From positions 832,001 through 896,000 of the forward strand of contig OY821645.1 of assembly GCA_963682135.1 (NCBI GenBank): a DNA stretch of 64,000 nucleotides, read 5' to 3'. Made by a program: the position numbers and the translations under genes. Shown in pieces: positions 40,736 through 50,348 of the stretch. The notes under the pieces were generated by a model, which did not search any database, was not told the DNA's origin, and was given only the letters and a program-made list of their open reading frames with translations. Source of the DNA: Methanothrix sp. (GTDB lineage Archaea > Halobacteriota > Methanosarcinia > Methanotrichales > Methanotrichaceae). Numbering within the stretch: position 1 is the stretch's first letter; the number at the start of each line of letters is the position of its first letter.

Positions 40736-40961
40736 GGGCTTCAACGGAAACGGTGTACTCCAAAACATCGTTATCTGTTGGCACTTTTTTCCCCAAATCT
40801 ATCAAAGTTTCGATATAGCCTTCTATCGCCTCTTTGGCCATATCAATGGCTTCTTCGACAGTCTCACCAAAGGTAACACATCCAGCCAAAGCAGGCACTA
40901 TCACGGTATAGCCGCCTTCCTCTTCTTTTTCGAGCCTGATTCTGTAATTCAGAGTCTTCAT
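40728..40961 (-). CDS. hicB: HicB-family antitoxin
   Basis: EEEGGYTVIVPALAGCVTFGETVEEAI..AKEAI. Confidence 0.92.
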   Translation of the reverse strand: MKTLNYRIRLEKEEEGGYTVIVPALAGCVTFGETVEEAIDMAKEAIEGYIETLIDLGKKVPTDNDVLEYTVSVEAHA

Positions 40962-41144
40962 TGCATTATCATAGGCGGTTTTGCTTATTCAACTTTTGGC
41001 TCTGATTTAGAAATTATAGTCCCATGGGTATCGCCTAAGGCAGGGGCTTTCTGTTCCAAAGTCAGGCTCCTCTACATGCAGACCCCCCGTCACTCTTGAT
41101 CCAGCCCCTCAAATTCATCGGAGAAAAAAGTAAAGGCACCGCCT

Positions 41145-42173
41145 CTAAAAAATCTCCTTCCAGTCGTTCTTCATGCTGACTACCTGCCAGCCCCATTCTC
41201 CAGCTATCCCAAGCCCTTTATCCAATCTTCCAATCACGGATGCATTATCATAGGCATACTCCCGGATTGGATCATCGTGGTGGCTTAGCAAACCCAAGGC
41301 CTGGCCTTTGCCTCCTGTGGTGAACTTCAGCATGGGAATATCTCCATCCGAGTTGCCGCAGGCAAGGATGGGACGAAGTCCGATGTTCTGCATAATTTCC
41401 TTAGGTTTCTCCTGACCGTCATCGATAACCAGGATTTCCGGAAGCTTCACGACCGAGCAGCTACTATTATTTTCAATGAACTGTAGCTTAAAGGCCGAAC
41501 CTATCACCTGTTCTGGAGAAATTGCATATACCTCCTCCGAGAAGGCACGCACAAAGTCCTCGTCTCCACCCGTCACTATGTAGATTTTAAAGCCCTCGTC
41601 TCGCAGATAGCCGAGCAACTCTAACATGGGTTTGTACACGCACTTGGTGTACGGCTGCCCGAATTCAGGATTCTCGGATCTGCTCAGCCAGTCTCTTGCC
41701 AGGCTCATGTATTCGTCAGCAGTCAAATTCGAACTGGTGGCGACATAGATTTGCATTGCCTCTTTGGCACTGAAGTTGCCGGTGGCAAATCGTTGGCCGG
41801 ATAGGATAGAACTGAACGGCTCCGTGTCATTCCATTCGGGGTGTTCCGGGGACATATCCTTAACTCGATCGAGCATGAAACGAGACTGGACGTAATCCGG
41901 ATACTCGCACCACAAAGTGCCATCGTTGTCAAAGGTGGCGATGCGCTCAGAAGGTTCTACATAGTTCGGATTGCTCATGTTAGTAATATTTGCCACAAAA
42001 CTGAGAATGGCAATTTTTGCAGATCCCTCGTTCCAAGATGGCAGAGGATCTATTACACCCTGAATGGATGAATCCGGATTTGTATCAGCGACATTGGATT
42101 CAAGCGCAAAGACAGATGATGTCATAAATACAATGGCTAAAACAAACAGGGCCAGATACCTAATAATCTTCAT
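41145..42173 (-). CDS. Secreted HAD-superfamily phosphatase
   Basis: Signal peptide, LPSWN, FDNDGTLW, VTGG, K, GNSDGD. Confidence 0.88.
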   Translation of the reverse strand: MKIIRYLALFVLAIVFMTSSVFALESNVADTNPDSSIQGVIDPLPSWNEGSAKIAILSFVANITNMSNPNYVEPSERIATFDNDGTLWCEYPDYVQSRFMLDRVKDMSPEHPEWNDTEPFSSILSGQRFATGNFSAKEAMQIYVATSSNLTADEYMSLARDWLSRSENPEFGQPYTKCVYKPMLELLGYLRDEGFKIYIVTGGDEDFVRAFSEEVYAISPEQVIGSAFKLQFIENNSSCSVVKLPEILVIDDGQEKPKEIMQNIGLRPILACGNSDGDIPMLKFTTGGKGQALGLLSHHDDPIREYAYDNASVIGRLDKGLGIAGEWGWQVVSMKNDWKEIF

Positions 42174-42301
42174 ACTTTCACCGCATCCATTTTTATTTTC
42201 TTCATTTTCTGGTTAAATATATATGCGCAATGTATTTGAAATTTGTCCAACAGAAGACCGAGATACATATATATTGGCCTTTGCGCCTATGAGATCTTCA
42301 C

Positions 42302-42508
42302 ATGGCAATGCTAATTGGAATGATGTTGACCGCAGCAGGGGTTGCTCTACTAGGCAAAGTGATAAAGGAAAGCATCTGGCCACAGACGAACTCAGTGAAA
42401 GGTGCTCGTAACTCCCCGGAGATGGTCATTGAAATCGATGAGTACGAAATAGTAGATGAAACTCAGAATCGTCCTTCCGATGGCTACAAAGTGGAGATCC
42501 TCGATTAG
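42302..42508 (+). CDS. Small membrane-anchored hypothetical protein
   Basis: N-terminal TM segment, acidic tail. Confidence 0.55.
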   Translation: MAMLIGMMLTAAGVALLGKVIKESIWPQTNSVKGARNSPEMVIEIDEYEIVDETQNRPSDGYKVEILD

Positions 42509-43053
42509 TACACTGATTCATTAGATATTTCGAATCTGGAAAAAAATTCGATTTTAATCCTGACAGATAGGGAATTGGATATCGTGCGATTTTATCCATG
42601 AAAGCAGCAGTCAAGCCAGAAGTGTAGTCTTCGGAAATTGAGCGGAATATGCATATACAAGTTAATCATTATTAATAGTGGTGATTGTCGATGGACGGAT
42701 TTACAGTTGCATTCCTATTATTATGGGCACTGGGCATCTTGATCCTCTCTGGATGGAAAGGACTGGTTAGATTCGGAGCATCTTTGCCATTGTTGGTCCT
42801 GGCCATTGAACGTTTGGCATCTCTAAGAATATCATGAAGGTATTCAGGCAACGCGATTGGGCTCCTCGCGATGGTTGCTTTCTCCCCTTTGTGATCCACA
42901 TGGTTTGCCGCTTTGCGCAGCCAATCCATAACCGTTTCCCCTTCCAATCTATTAGCTCTGCAACTTAAACTCTATTTTTCTTTCCCATGCCAAATTGATG
43001 GGTATATAAGGTCAAAGGGTTTCGGGACTATGCAATTCCATTGAGTTTTAGAA

Positions 43054-43479
43054 TTGGAAATATATGCTAGTCCAGGTGAGATTTGGGTGAATGAGATGAT
43101 CAGCAAGGCGGCGGCGAAAGCCTCTTCGGAGAAGGTCTTCCAGATGCTGGCCTACGGTGCATTGAAGGCCCGGGCGTCCAGAATAGCACCCAACCAGATC
43201 ATCCGCATCGGGGAATTCGATCTGATGGTAGCCGAGGATGAAAACGGCGATGGTCAGGTGGTACAGATAATCCTGCCACTGGAAGATATGCAGGGCATGG
43301 CCCTGGCCAGGGCCCGCGAGCTGGACAGCTCCGTGGATGGCTGGAGCGATAGGGAGAGAAGGGAATGGCTGGCTGCATTCTGGGTGGAGCTGGCCCAGTA
43401 TTTGACCAAATGGCAAGGCATCAAAATGCGTCGCGGACCGGGAGAGAATATCACCTTCGAGAAGGCAGTCAGCAGGTGA
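43054..43479 (+). CDS. Hypothetical protein
   Basis: Host-like codon usage; start may be ATG near 43096. Confidence 0.7.
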   Translation: MEIYASPGEIWVNEMISKAAAKASSEKVFQMLAYGALKARASRIAPNQIIRIGEFDLMVAEDENGDGQVVQIILPLEDMQGMALARARELDSSVDGWSDRERREWLAAFWVELAQYLTKWQGIKMRRGPGENITFEKAVSR

Positions 43480-43557
43480 TTTCCAGTCCGGTGAAACGCA
43501 AGATTAGGATTGAATTCCTGATAATACAGATGCATATTTACAGAGAATCGATTTAGG

Positions 43558-43629
43558 GGCCGGGACCGGGATTCGAACCCAGCTCGAGGGATCCACAGTC
43601 CCTCAGGATAACCACTACCCTATCCCGGC
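43558..43629 (-). tRNA. tRNA-His(GUG)
   Basis: GCCGGGA/TCCCGGC acceptor stem, AGGGA-CTGTGGA-TCCCT anticodon arm, GTTCGAATC T-loop, C73 discriminator; CCA not encoded. Confidence 0.95.
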
Positions 43630-43973
43630 ACGCCAGGATTGCAGTCTATTGCAAGGAGATAAAACTTTCCCCGTGTTGTGCCAGTCACAGCAAAAGCCTG
43701 TGATGTAGGAGGGAGAAAAAATTGGCTTTTGCCAATAATGAGTACGACGCTTGACGAATATAAGCATCTCGCTTTAGGCGATCGACGTGGATAATGGGAG
43801 GGGCAAAAGTCGAGTCCTTGGGAGGGATTGGGTTCTTTCGACCTTTGCTTAACCTCACAACGACATTAGACGAATATAAGACTATCGGTCCGAAAAAAAA
43901 AACTGCCATTTTTCTCTGCAGCCCATTGCCCAGGCAAAAGAGTCAATACATTTGCCGCAGAAAGCAGTGAAAT

Positions 43974-44912
43974 ATGATCTACACGATTACTCTCAATCCG
44001 GCCCTTGACCGTACCATCTGGATCCAGAAGGTACGCGATGATGTATCCAATCGCATCTTAGAAGAGAGGAGCTTTGCAGGAGGCAAGAGCATTGATGTCT
44101 CCAAGGTCCTCAAGAACCTGGGAATTGACAACATCGCTTTAGGATTCGTGGGTGGATTCGCTGGCCGAGAGCTGGAAGGCAGGCTGCTCAATGAGGGCAT
44201 CCAGACGGATTTTGTTCATGTCTCGGGCGAGACGCGCACTAATATCATCATTCATGAGACGGAGATGGGAAAGCAATTGGCCTTCAATGCTCGCGGCCCG
44301 GAGATCAAGCCGTCCGAGCTTATGGAGTTCGTGGAGCTGCTGGAAAGGCTGCCTTGCAGCGATCTGGTGGCCATCGGCGGCAGCCTTCCCCAGGGCGTCA
44401 CTCCCGAGATCTACAGAAAGATCATAACCCTGGTCAAGAGGTGCCAGTCTACCGTGGTGCTGGATGTTGACGGCGCTGCCCTGCGCGCGGGAATTTTAGC
44501 CAAACCTGATGTGATCAAACCCAACATTCATGAGCTGTCCGAGCTGGTGGGCAGGGAACTTGAAGGACTGGATGAGATTCGCGCCGCAGCCAGAGAGATC
44601 AACCGGCAAGGCGTGAGAATAGTCCTCGTATCCATGGGTGGAAGGGGCATCCTGCTGGTCTCGGAAGGCCATGAGTATCTGGCCGTGCCGCCCAATGTGA
44701 ATGTGCAGAGCACCATTGGAGCGGGAGACTCCTCTGTAGCTGGCTTTGTGAGCGGCATGGTTCAGGGCAAGAGCCTGAAAGAGTGCCTGGTCTATGCCGC
44801 AGCGGCCGGGACGGCTACCACTCTTTACCAGGGGACTGCGCTGGCCCAGAAGGAAGATTTCGAGAAGCTGGTGCCGCAGGTGAAGCTTACAGTACTATCC
44901 GAGAAGGCGTAA
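43974..44912 (+). CDS. pfkB: 1-phosphofructokinase-family (PfkB/FruK/LacC) sugar-phosphate kinase
   Basis: TLNPALD, GGKSIDVS, ETRTN, IKPN..EL, STIGAGDS. Confidence 0.9.
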   Translation: MIYTITLNPALDRTIWIQKVRDDVSNRILEERSFAGGKSIDVSKVLKNLGIDNIALGFVGGFAGRELEGRLLNEGIQTDFVHVSGETRTNIIIHETEMGKQLAFNARGPEIKPSELMEFVELLERLPCSDLVAIGGSLPQGVTPEIYRKIITLVKRCQSTVVLDVDGAALRAGILAKPDVIKPNIHELSELVGRELEGLDEIRAAAREINRQGVRIVLVSMGGRGILLVSEGHEYLAVPPNVNVQSTIGAGDSSVAGFVSGMVQGKSLKECLVYAAAAGTATTLYQGTALAQKEDFEKLVPQVKLTVLSEKA

Positions 44913-44944
44913 GAGTGGAAGACCAAAAACGAGAACGAGGACGA

Positions 44945-45862
44945 ATGAAAATGGCAGATGATATCGTAATTCCTCTGGATGTGCCGCAGGAAAGCCGTTC
45001 AAAGTACAAGGAGAACTATCTCAAGATCACCAAAGGCAGTGGACGGCTGATGCTCTTTGCAGGAGATCAGAAAGCAGAGCATCTTAATGACGATTTCTTC
45101 GGGCAGGGGATAGATCCGCAAGATAATGATCCCGAGCATCTTTTCCGCATTGCGTCCAAAGCCAACGTCGGCGTCTTTGCCGCTCAGCTCGGCCTAATCG
45201 CTCGCTATGGCATGGATTATTCCAATGTGCCTTACCTGGTGAAGCTGAACTCCAAGACCAATCTGGTGGAGACGGCTCAGGCAGAGCCCGTCAGTATGCA
45301 ATGGATAGATGTCGCTCAAGTTGTCGATTTCAAGGAGCAGAGCGGCCTCGCCATTCTGGGGGTGGGATATACCATCTATCTAGGAAGCGAACGCGAGGGA
45401 GAGATGTTGACCCAGGCAGCGCAGTTGATATTCCAGGCCCATCAGGCGGGGCTGGTGACGGTGCTCTGGATCTACCCTCGCGGAAAAGCAGTGAAGGACG
45501 AGAAAGATCCTCACCTCATCGCCGGAGCGGCGGGGGTAGCAGCCACGCTTGGCTCTGACTTTGTCAAGGTCAACTATCCCCAGAAATCCGGCCAGGATTC
45601 TGCCCGGATCTTCCGGGAGGCGGTGCTGGCTGCGGGCCGCACCGGGGTGGTCTGCGCTGGTGGAGGGAGTACTGATGCCCAGGTATTTTTGCAGAGGCTT
45701 CATGACCAGATCCATATCAGTGGCGCTTCAGGAAACGCTACTGGCCGAAACATCCACCAGAGGCCACTGGCTGAGGCGATACGTCTCTGCAATGCCATAT
45801 ACGCCATCACTGTGAAGAATGTCGGCGTGGATGAGGCCTACAAGATCTATCGGGGAGACTAG
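44945..45862 (+). CDS. Class I (DhnA-type) fructose-bisphosphate aldolase-family protein
   Basis: LFAGDQKAEH, LVKLNSKT, LWIYPRG, LGSDFVKVNYP (Schiff-base Lys), ATGRNIHQ. Confidence 0.88.
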   Translation: MKMADDIVIPLDVPQESRSKYKENYLKITKGSGRLMLFAGDQKAEHLNDDFFGQGIDPQDNDPEHLFRIASKANVGVFAAQLGLIARYGMDYSNVPYLVKLNSKTNLVETAQAEPVSMQWIDVAQVVDFKEQSGLAILGVGYTIYLGSEREGEMLTQAAQLIFQAHQAGLVTVLWIYPRGKAVKDEKDPHLIAGAAGVAATLGSDFVKVNYPQKSGQDSARIFREAVLAAGRTGVVCAGGGSTDAQVFLQRLHDQIHISGASGNATGRNIHQRPLAEAIRLCNAIYAITVKNVGVDEAYKIYRGD

Positions 45863-46022
45863 TTCAGTCGGGTCCGGTTTCACGCGAAGCCGCGAAGATG
45901 CATAGTCAAGACATTGGTTTATAGGAAAGCAGGCAGAAGACCCGCTCCCTTTAGGGGGCGGGATGAATGCCGTACCTACTGCATTTGAAACTGAAGCGAA
46001 ATCTATATTTAGTTAGGGGTCC

Positions 46023-46415
46023 ATGGATATATTGATGGATAAAACAAGATACGCACACTACAATATCAACTACCATCTTGTCTGGATACCTAAGTATCGT
46101 AGGAAGGTGTTGGTTGGTACAATCAAGGCGGATCTTGAAAATTTCATCCATGAAATAGCGGCGAAGCTTGGAGTCAAGATTGAATCCTTGGAGGTTCAGC
46201 CAGACCACATACATCTCTTTGTTTCAGCTCCTCCGAGATATTCACCAGCAAACCTGATCAATGCCTTCAAGGGTGCCACATCGAAGCGACTGAGAAACAA
46301 GTACCCATATCTCAAGTCTTTGCCCTCGATGTGGACAAAGACATACTATGTAGGTACTGCTGGTAATGTCTCGGCTGAAGTGATCAAGCGATATATCGAG
46401 GAATGCCAGGGATGA
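46023..46415 (+). CDS. tnpA: Y1 (HUH) transposase TnpA
   Basis: YHLVWIPKYRR, DHIHLF, KGATS, catalytic Tyr in VIKRYIE. Confidence 0.95.
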   Translation: MDILMDKTRYAHYNINYHLVWIPKYRRKVLVGTIKADLENFIHEIAAKLGVKIESLEVQPDHIHLFVSAPPRYSPANLINAFKGATSKRLRNKYPYLKSLPSMWTKTYYVGTAGNVSAEVIKRYIEECQG

Positions 46416-47557
46416 AGACTGCCTACAAGTTCAGGATGTACCCTAACAAGCAACAAGAAGCTTCGTTAGACTTGACTCTTGATACTTGCAGGCATCTCTA
46501 CAACCGAGCATTGGCTGATAGGAAGAATGCCTATGAACAGAAAGGCATCAGCCGAAGCTATGAAGATCAGGCAGCAATGCTGGTTGTCGAGAAAAAAGAT
46601 GGTAATTTCAAAGCCGTCTTTTCTCAGGTACTTCAAGATGTTCTTCGCAGGTTGGACAAGTCTTTCAAGGCATTCTTCAGACGAGTCAAAGCTGGCGAAG
46701 CACCAGGATATCCTAGATTCAAGGGTAATGGGTGGTACAAGTCGTTCACCTATCCGCAAGTCGGTTTCAAGCTCGATGGTTCGACGCTGAATCTATCCAA
46801 GATCGGCTCTATCAGGATCTTCAAGCACAGGGAAGTCGAAGGCAAGATCAAGACCTGCACCATCAAGAAGGATCTTCTGGGTAACTGGTATGCAACTCTG
46901 GTATCTGAGATCGCGGATGTACCAACAGTAGAGCCAAAGAGCGCTATTGGTGTAGATGTGGGCTTGAATAGTCTGGTTGCTCTTTCTAGTGGTGAAACGG
47001 TTGAATATCCGAGGTACTATGTTCAAGCTGAAAACAAGCTTGCAGTAGCCCAAAGGAACCTTTCGAGAAAGATGAAAGGATCAGCAAACAGACTTAAGGC
47101 AAAAGCCAAAGCTGCAAAGCTACATCAAAAGATCCAGCACCATCGAGATGAGTTCCTGCATCAAGTATCCAGGATGATTGTAGATTCAGCCGACCTAATT
47201 GTATTTGAGAACCTTAATATTTCAGGTATGCTTAAGAATCACCATCTTGCAAAGCATATTCAAGACCATGCATGGGGAAAGCTAATCCAGTTCACTCAAA
47301 GCAAAGCTGCAAAGGCTGGCAAAGTGGTAGAACTGGTAGACGCGAGATACACATCTCAAAAATGCTCCCAGTGTGGTATAATGGTTCCTAAGACGCTGGC
47401 AGAAAGAGTCCATCTTTGCCCTAACTGTGGGCTAGAGATGGATCGAGACATAAATGCCAGCTTGAACATTCGCACCCTCGGACTGAGGGGAAGAGCCTAT
47501 CAAGATCCGACCCCTACTTTGAGCAAACTATCAAAGCAAGTTAGATCGATGACGTAG
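46412..47557 (+). CDS. tnpB: RNA-guided endonuclease TnpB
   Basis: AYKFRMYP, GVDVG, FENL, TSQKCSQCG..CPNCG..DRDINAS; ATGA overlap with tnpA. Confidence 0.95.
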   Translation: MKTAYKFRMYPNKQQEASLDLTLDTCRHLYNRALADRKNAYEQKGISRSYEDQAAMLVVEKKDGNFKAVFSQVLQDVLRRLDKSFKAFFRRVKAGEAPGYPRFKGNGWYKSFTYPQVGFKLDGSTLNLSKIGSIRIFKHREVEGKIKTCTIKKDLLGNWYATLVSEIADVPTVEPKSAIGVDVGLNSLVALSSGETVEYPRYYVQAENKLAVAQRNLSRKMKGSANRLKAKAKAAKLHQKIQHHRDEFLHQVSRMIVDSADLIVFENLNISGMLKNHHLAKHIQDHAWGKLIQFTQSKAAKAGKVVELVDARYTSQKCSQCGIMVPKTLAERVHLCPNCGLEMDRDINASLNIRTLGLRGRAYQDPTPTLSKLSKQVRSMT

Positions 47558-47616
47558 GAAGCCCTGCCCCTTTGGGGGCATGGGAGGAAGTCACTTCGGC
47601 CTCAGGATAAAGAAAA

Positions 47617-48336
47617 ATGGCGAAACTGGTATTGCTGCGGCACGGACAGAGCCTCTTCAACCTGGAAGGCAGGTTTACAGGCTGGTTGGATATCGATCTG
47701 TCCGAGAGAGGCAAAGCTGAAGCAGGGGAAGCGGGCCAGCTCATGAAGAGTTGTGGCCTTACCTTCGACATCGCCTTTACCTCCGTCTTGAAGCGAGCCA
47801 TCAGAACGCTCTGGATCGTGCTCGATGAGATGGATCAGATGTGGATTCCGGCTCTTGCCTGCTGGCGGCTCAACGAGCGTTTTTATGGAGAACTGCAAGG
47901 CAAGAGCAAGAAGGAGACTGAGGAGCTGTACGGGATAGCGCAGGTGCAGCGCTGGAGAAGGGGCTTTTCCGAGAGGCCGCCCGCTGTGGCCGCAGACGGC
48001 GATCGCAATCCCTGCCGGGATGATCGTTACAGGGATGTGCCGGAGAGCATGCTGCCTAAAACAGAGTCATTGCAGGACACGCAGGAGCGGGTGCTGCCCT
48101 TCTGGCAGGCCCTGATCGGGCCGGAGCTGGAGAAGGGCAAGAACGTCCTGGTTGTATCGCACGGCAACACCATTCGCGCCCTGGTCAAGCATCTGGAAAA
48201 TATCTCCGATCAGGAGATTGAAAAAGTGGAGATCGCCACGGCCCATCCTCTGGTCTACGAGCTGGATGACCGGATGCGGGTAGTGGGCCACAGTTATCTG
48301 GGAAGCGCACAGGTCGGCGAAAGAGAAGGAAAATAG
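47617..48336 (+). CDS. gpmA: 2,3-bisphosphoglycerate-dependent phosphoglycerate mutase
   Basis: LLRHGQS..N...FTGW, WRLNERFYG.LQG, WRR, SHGNTIRAL. Confidence 0.92.
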   Translation: MAKLVLLRHGQSLFNLEGRFTGWLDIDLSERGKAEAGEAGQLMKSCGLTFDIAFTSVLKRAIRTLWIVLDEMDQMWIPALACWRLNERFYGELQGKSKKETEELYGIAQVQRWRRGFSERPPAVAADGDRNPCRDDRYRDVPESMLPKTESLQDTQERVLPFWQALIGPELEKGKNVLVVSHGNTIRALVKHLENISDQEIEKVEIATAHPLVYELDDRMRVVGHSYLGSAQVGEREGK

Positions 48337-48381
48337 GCACAGAAGACTAACATCTGATGGAATTTTAGAGGTGTGTAAGGA

Positions 48382-49326
48382 ATGGCTTATGCGGTAGAGA
48401 TCATATCCATGGGGCTGAAGGAAGAGCTAGTTAAGAAATATGCAGACCAGGTGCTATACGAGATAAAGTCGGAGATTTACGGGTGCTGCATCAAGCTTCT
48501 TACGGGCAGCTTTTCCGTCAAGAATGCCTGGGAAGAGAGCTTCTATTTTGCTTCCCAAAACATTCGCTCCCACGGGCGGCTTTATGTTCTGGTGGACAAA
48601 ACGGTTGGGGAGAACCAGGTTTACTACGATCCTCAATCCAAGAGCTCTTTTCTCTTTAACATGGACTACTATGGATGGATTAAGTCACTGGCGCTCTCTC
48701 TGGCGGGAGATATCCTGGAGGACGATCACGGCATCTACTCAGTGCACGGTGCCTGTCTCGATTTGCGGGGCAGGGGTGTTTGCATATTGGGCGGATCCGG
48801 GGCAGGCAAGACCACTCACACCTACGGGCTTCTGCGTAGCCCCAAAGCGCGCGTCGTCTCAGACGACTGGTTCTTTGCAAGAATTTTCGGAGAGGAGATA
48901 CTGGCCTACGGATCCGAGAAGAATTTTTACATCCGCGCCGATCTTGCTGATATCTGGAAGGAGTTTTCCAGGCTGGTCGATAAAGCAGTCTTCGATGAGA
49001 AAGGGCGGGCAGTGGTGGACTTGCGCTGGGTGATCGGCAAAGGGCGCATCCTGCCACTCACAACTATGGAAAATGTGATCCTGCTCAAGCGGGATCCCGG
49101 CCAAGAGGAGATGGTACGGGAGCTGGACGACAAGGAGGCGCTGGCCATACTGGAGAAAAATGGCTACTACAATCCCCATCTGCTGGTGAAGAGCGACTTC
49201 AAGCGGGTTCTTCGAAGCCGCTTTTTCGAGGCGCTCTTTGCCCGGGCAAAGGTACACGAGGTCAACACCAGAGGGACGCCGGAGGAGAGCCAGAGGGCGA
49301 TTCGGGAGATATTGGGGGACGGGTAA
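48382..49326 (+). CDS. Uncharacterised HPr kinase/PEPCK-fold P-loop protein
   Basis: VHGACLD, GGSGAGKTT, VSDDW. Confidence 0.8.
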   Translation: MAYAVEIISMGLKEELVKKYADQVLYEIKSEIYGCCIKLLTGSFSVKNAWEESFYFASQNIRSHGRLYVLVDKTVGENQVYYDPQSKSSFLFNMDYYGWIKSLALSLAGDILEDDHGIYSVHGACLDLRGRGVCILGGSGAGKTTHTYGLLRSPKARVVSDDWFFARIFGEEILAYGSEKNFYIRADLADIWKEFSRLVDKAVFDEKGRAVVDLRWVIGKGRILPLTTMENVILLKRDPGQEEMVRELDDKEALAILEKNGYYNPHLLVKSDFKRVLRSRFFEALFARAKVHEVNTRGTPEESQRAIREILGDG

Positions 49327-49331
49327 GGGGA

Positions 49332-49784
49332 TGGCTGGCAGATAAAGATCCTGCCAACGAGACTTACTACGAAGAGCGTTATAATGAATATGCAAAGAGC
49401 TTCGATGCCGTCGAGCCGACAGAGTCTGAGAAGAAGCAGCTCAACCAGACCCAGGTTATAGTCATGCTCTGGCAAAAAGATCCCGTGCAAAACTGGCTGG
49501 GCATGAATGTGGTCAACTTCTTCGCACCTGAGTTTGCCATGAATGGAACCAAAACGGCTGCCAAGATCGTGGACGATATCAACGCCAACCCCGGAAAATA
49601 CCGGAACGTTACCTACGTCATCGAGAATATGCAGTCCGGGGAGCTGGCCAAGGGCATTGAAGAATCGCTGAAGGACAAAGGCATCAATGCCACTCGCGTC
49701 ATCTTCACCAATTTCCCGGGATCTGTGCCGGGAGCGGATACCATGGCAGAAGTGCTGAGTTACAACAAGCACCTGGTGCTCTAG
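49332..49784 (+). pseudogene. 3' half of a ZnuA-like metal ABC substrate-binding protein
   Basis: Open frame WLADKDPANETYYEERYNEY...VIENMQSG...NFP...YN; no 5' half or signal peptide. Confidence 0.65.
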
Positions 49785-50348
49785 GCCCTTCGTACTCTTT
49801 AAAGACGCAAGAGACTTGGCCTTCTGCAATAAAAGAACTCGTTAATTAATGGCTTGGTGCCGGTAATCGGCTCCAAGCCAAAATGCAGAGACGCCCTCGA
49901 AGACGTTTATGCTGCGATCCGGGCGAGGAGGTCTACTACCGCTCGACTGATCTGGTGGCAAAGCTGAAAGCCCAATACGGCCTGGACCTGCAACAATATT
50001 CTCTGGCGTCTGCAAGCGCTCACCTCTACCAAGAATTTCTTTCCCGAATTTCCTGCGACATAATTCAAAAAATGTTAACACGTATTACACTAAACTATAG
50101 TAAAATGTTTTATAGTATGAGTGCGGTAATAGTATATTATGTTAATAAGCAAGTTCGATGGGAACTCTAAGAAAGTCATCCGATCGGAAATACGCTACTT
50201 CGATAACGACCAAAATCCCGTTTCCAGGGACCGAGCCACCTGGGCGGTGTTCCGAGAGGTGGACGAAAACGGAGCCCTTCTCTTTGAAGCGCAGGGATTC
50301 ATAGATTAGCGAATGTCCGGAACTAAACATAGCATTTTTTTATTGGAA

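Larger units (their letters stand above)
45923..47594 (+). mobile_element. IS200/IS605-family element (IS605 group, tnpA+tnpB)
   Basis: Left hairpin CCCGCTCCC-TTTA-GGGGGCGGG (45941-45962) about 19 nt after TTTAT; right hairpin TGCCCC..GGGGCA ending in TCAC at 47594. Confidence 0.88.

Noticed and set aside
38061-40961. Classical integron or CRISPR array
   Set aside because: No intI, no attC core motifs, mixed gene orientation; no regularly spaced identical repeats or cas genes anywhere in the window
42672-42947. 91-aa minus-strand ORF
   Set aside because: No recognisable family or strong coding signal; cannot be supported without a search
43558-49326. Integrase-mediated island at tRNA-His
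   Set aside because: No integrase and no duplicated tRNA 3' end (att) was found; the operon lies on the 5' side of the tRNA, so the adjacency is only suggestive
49883-50330. Short ORFs between the transporter remnants
   Set aside because: No recognisable motifs; likely scrambled fragments
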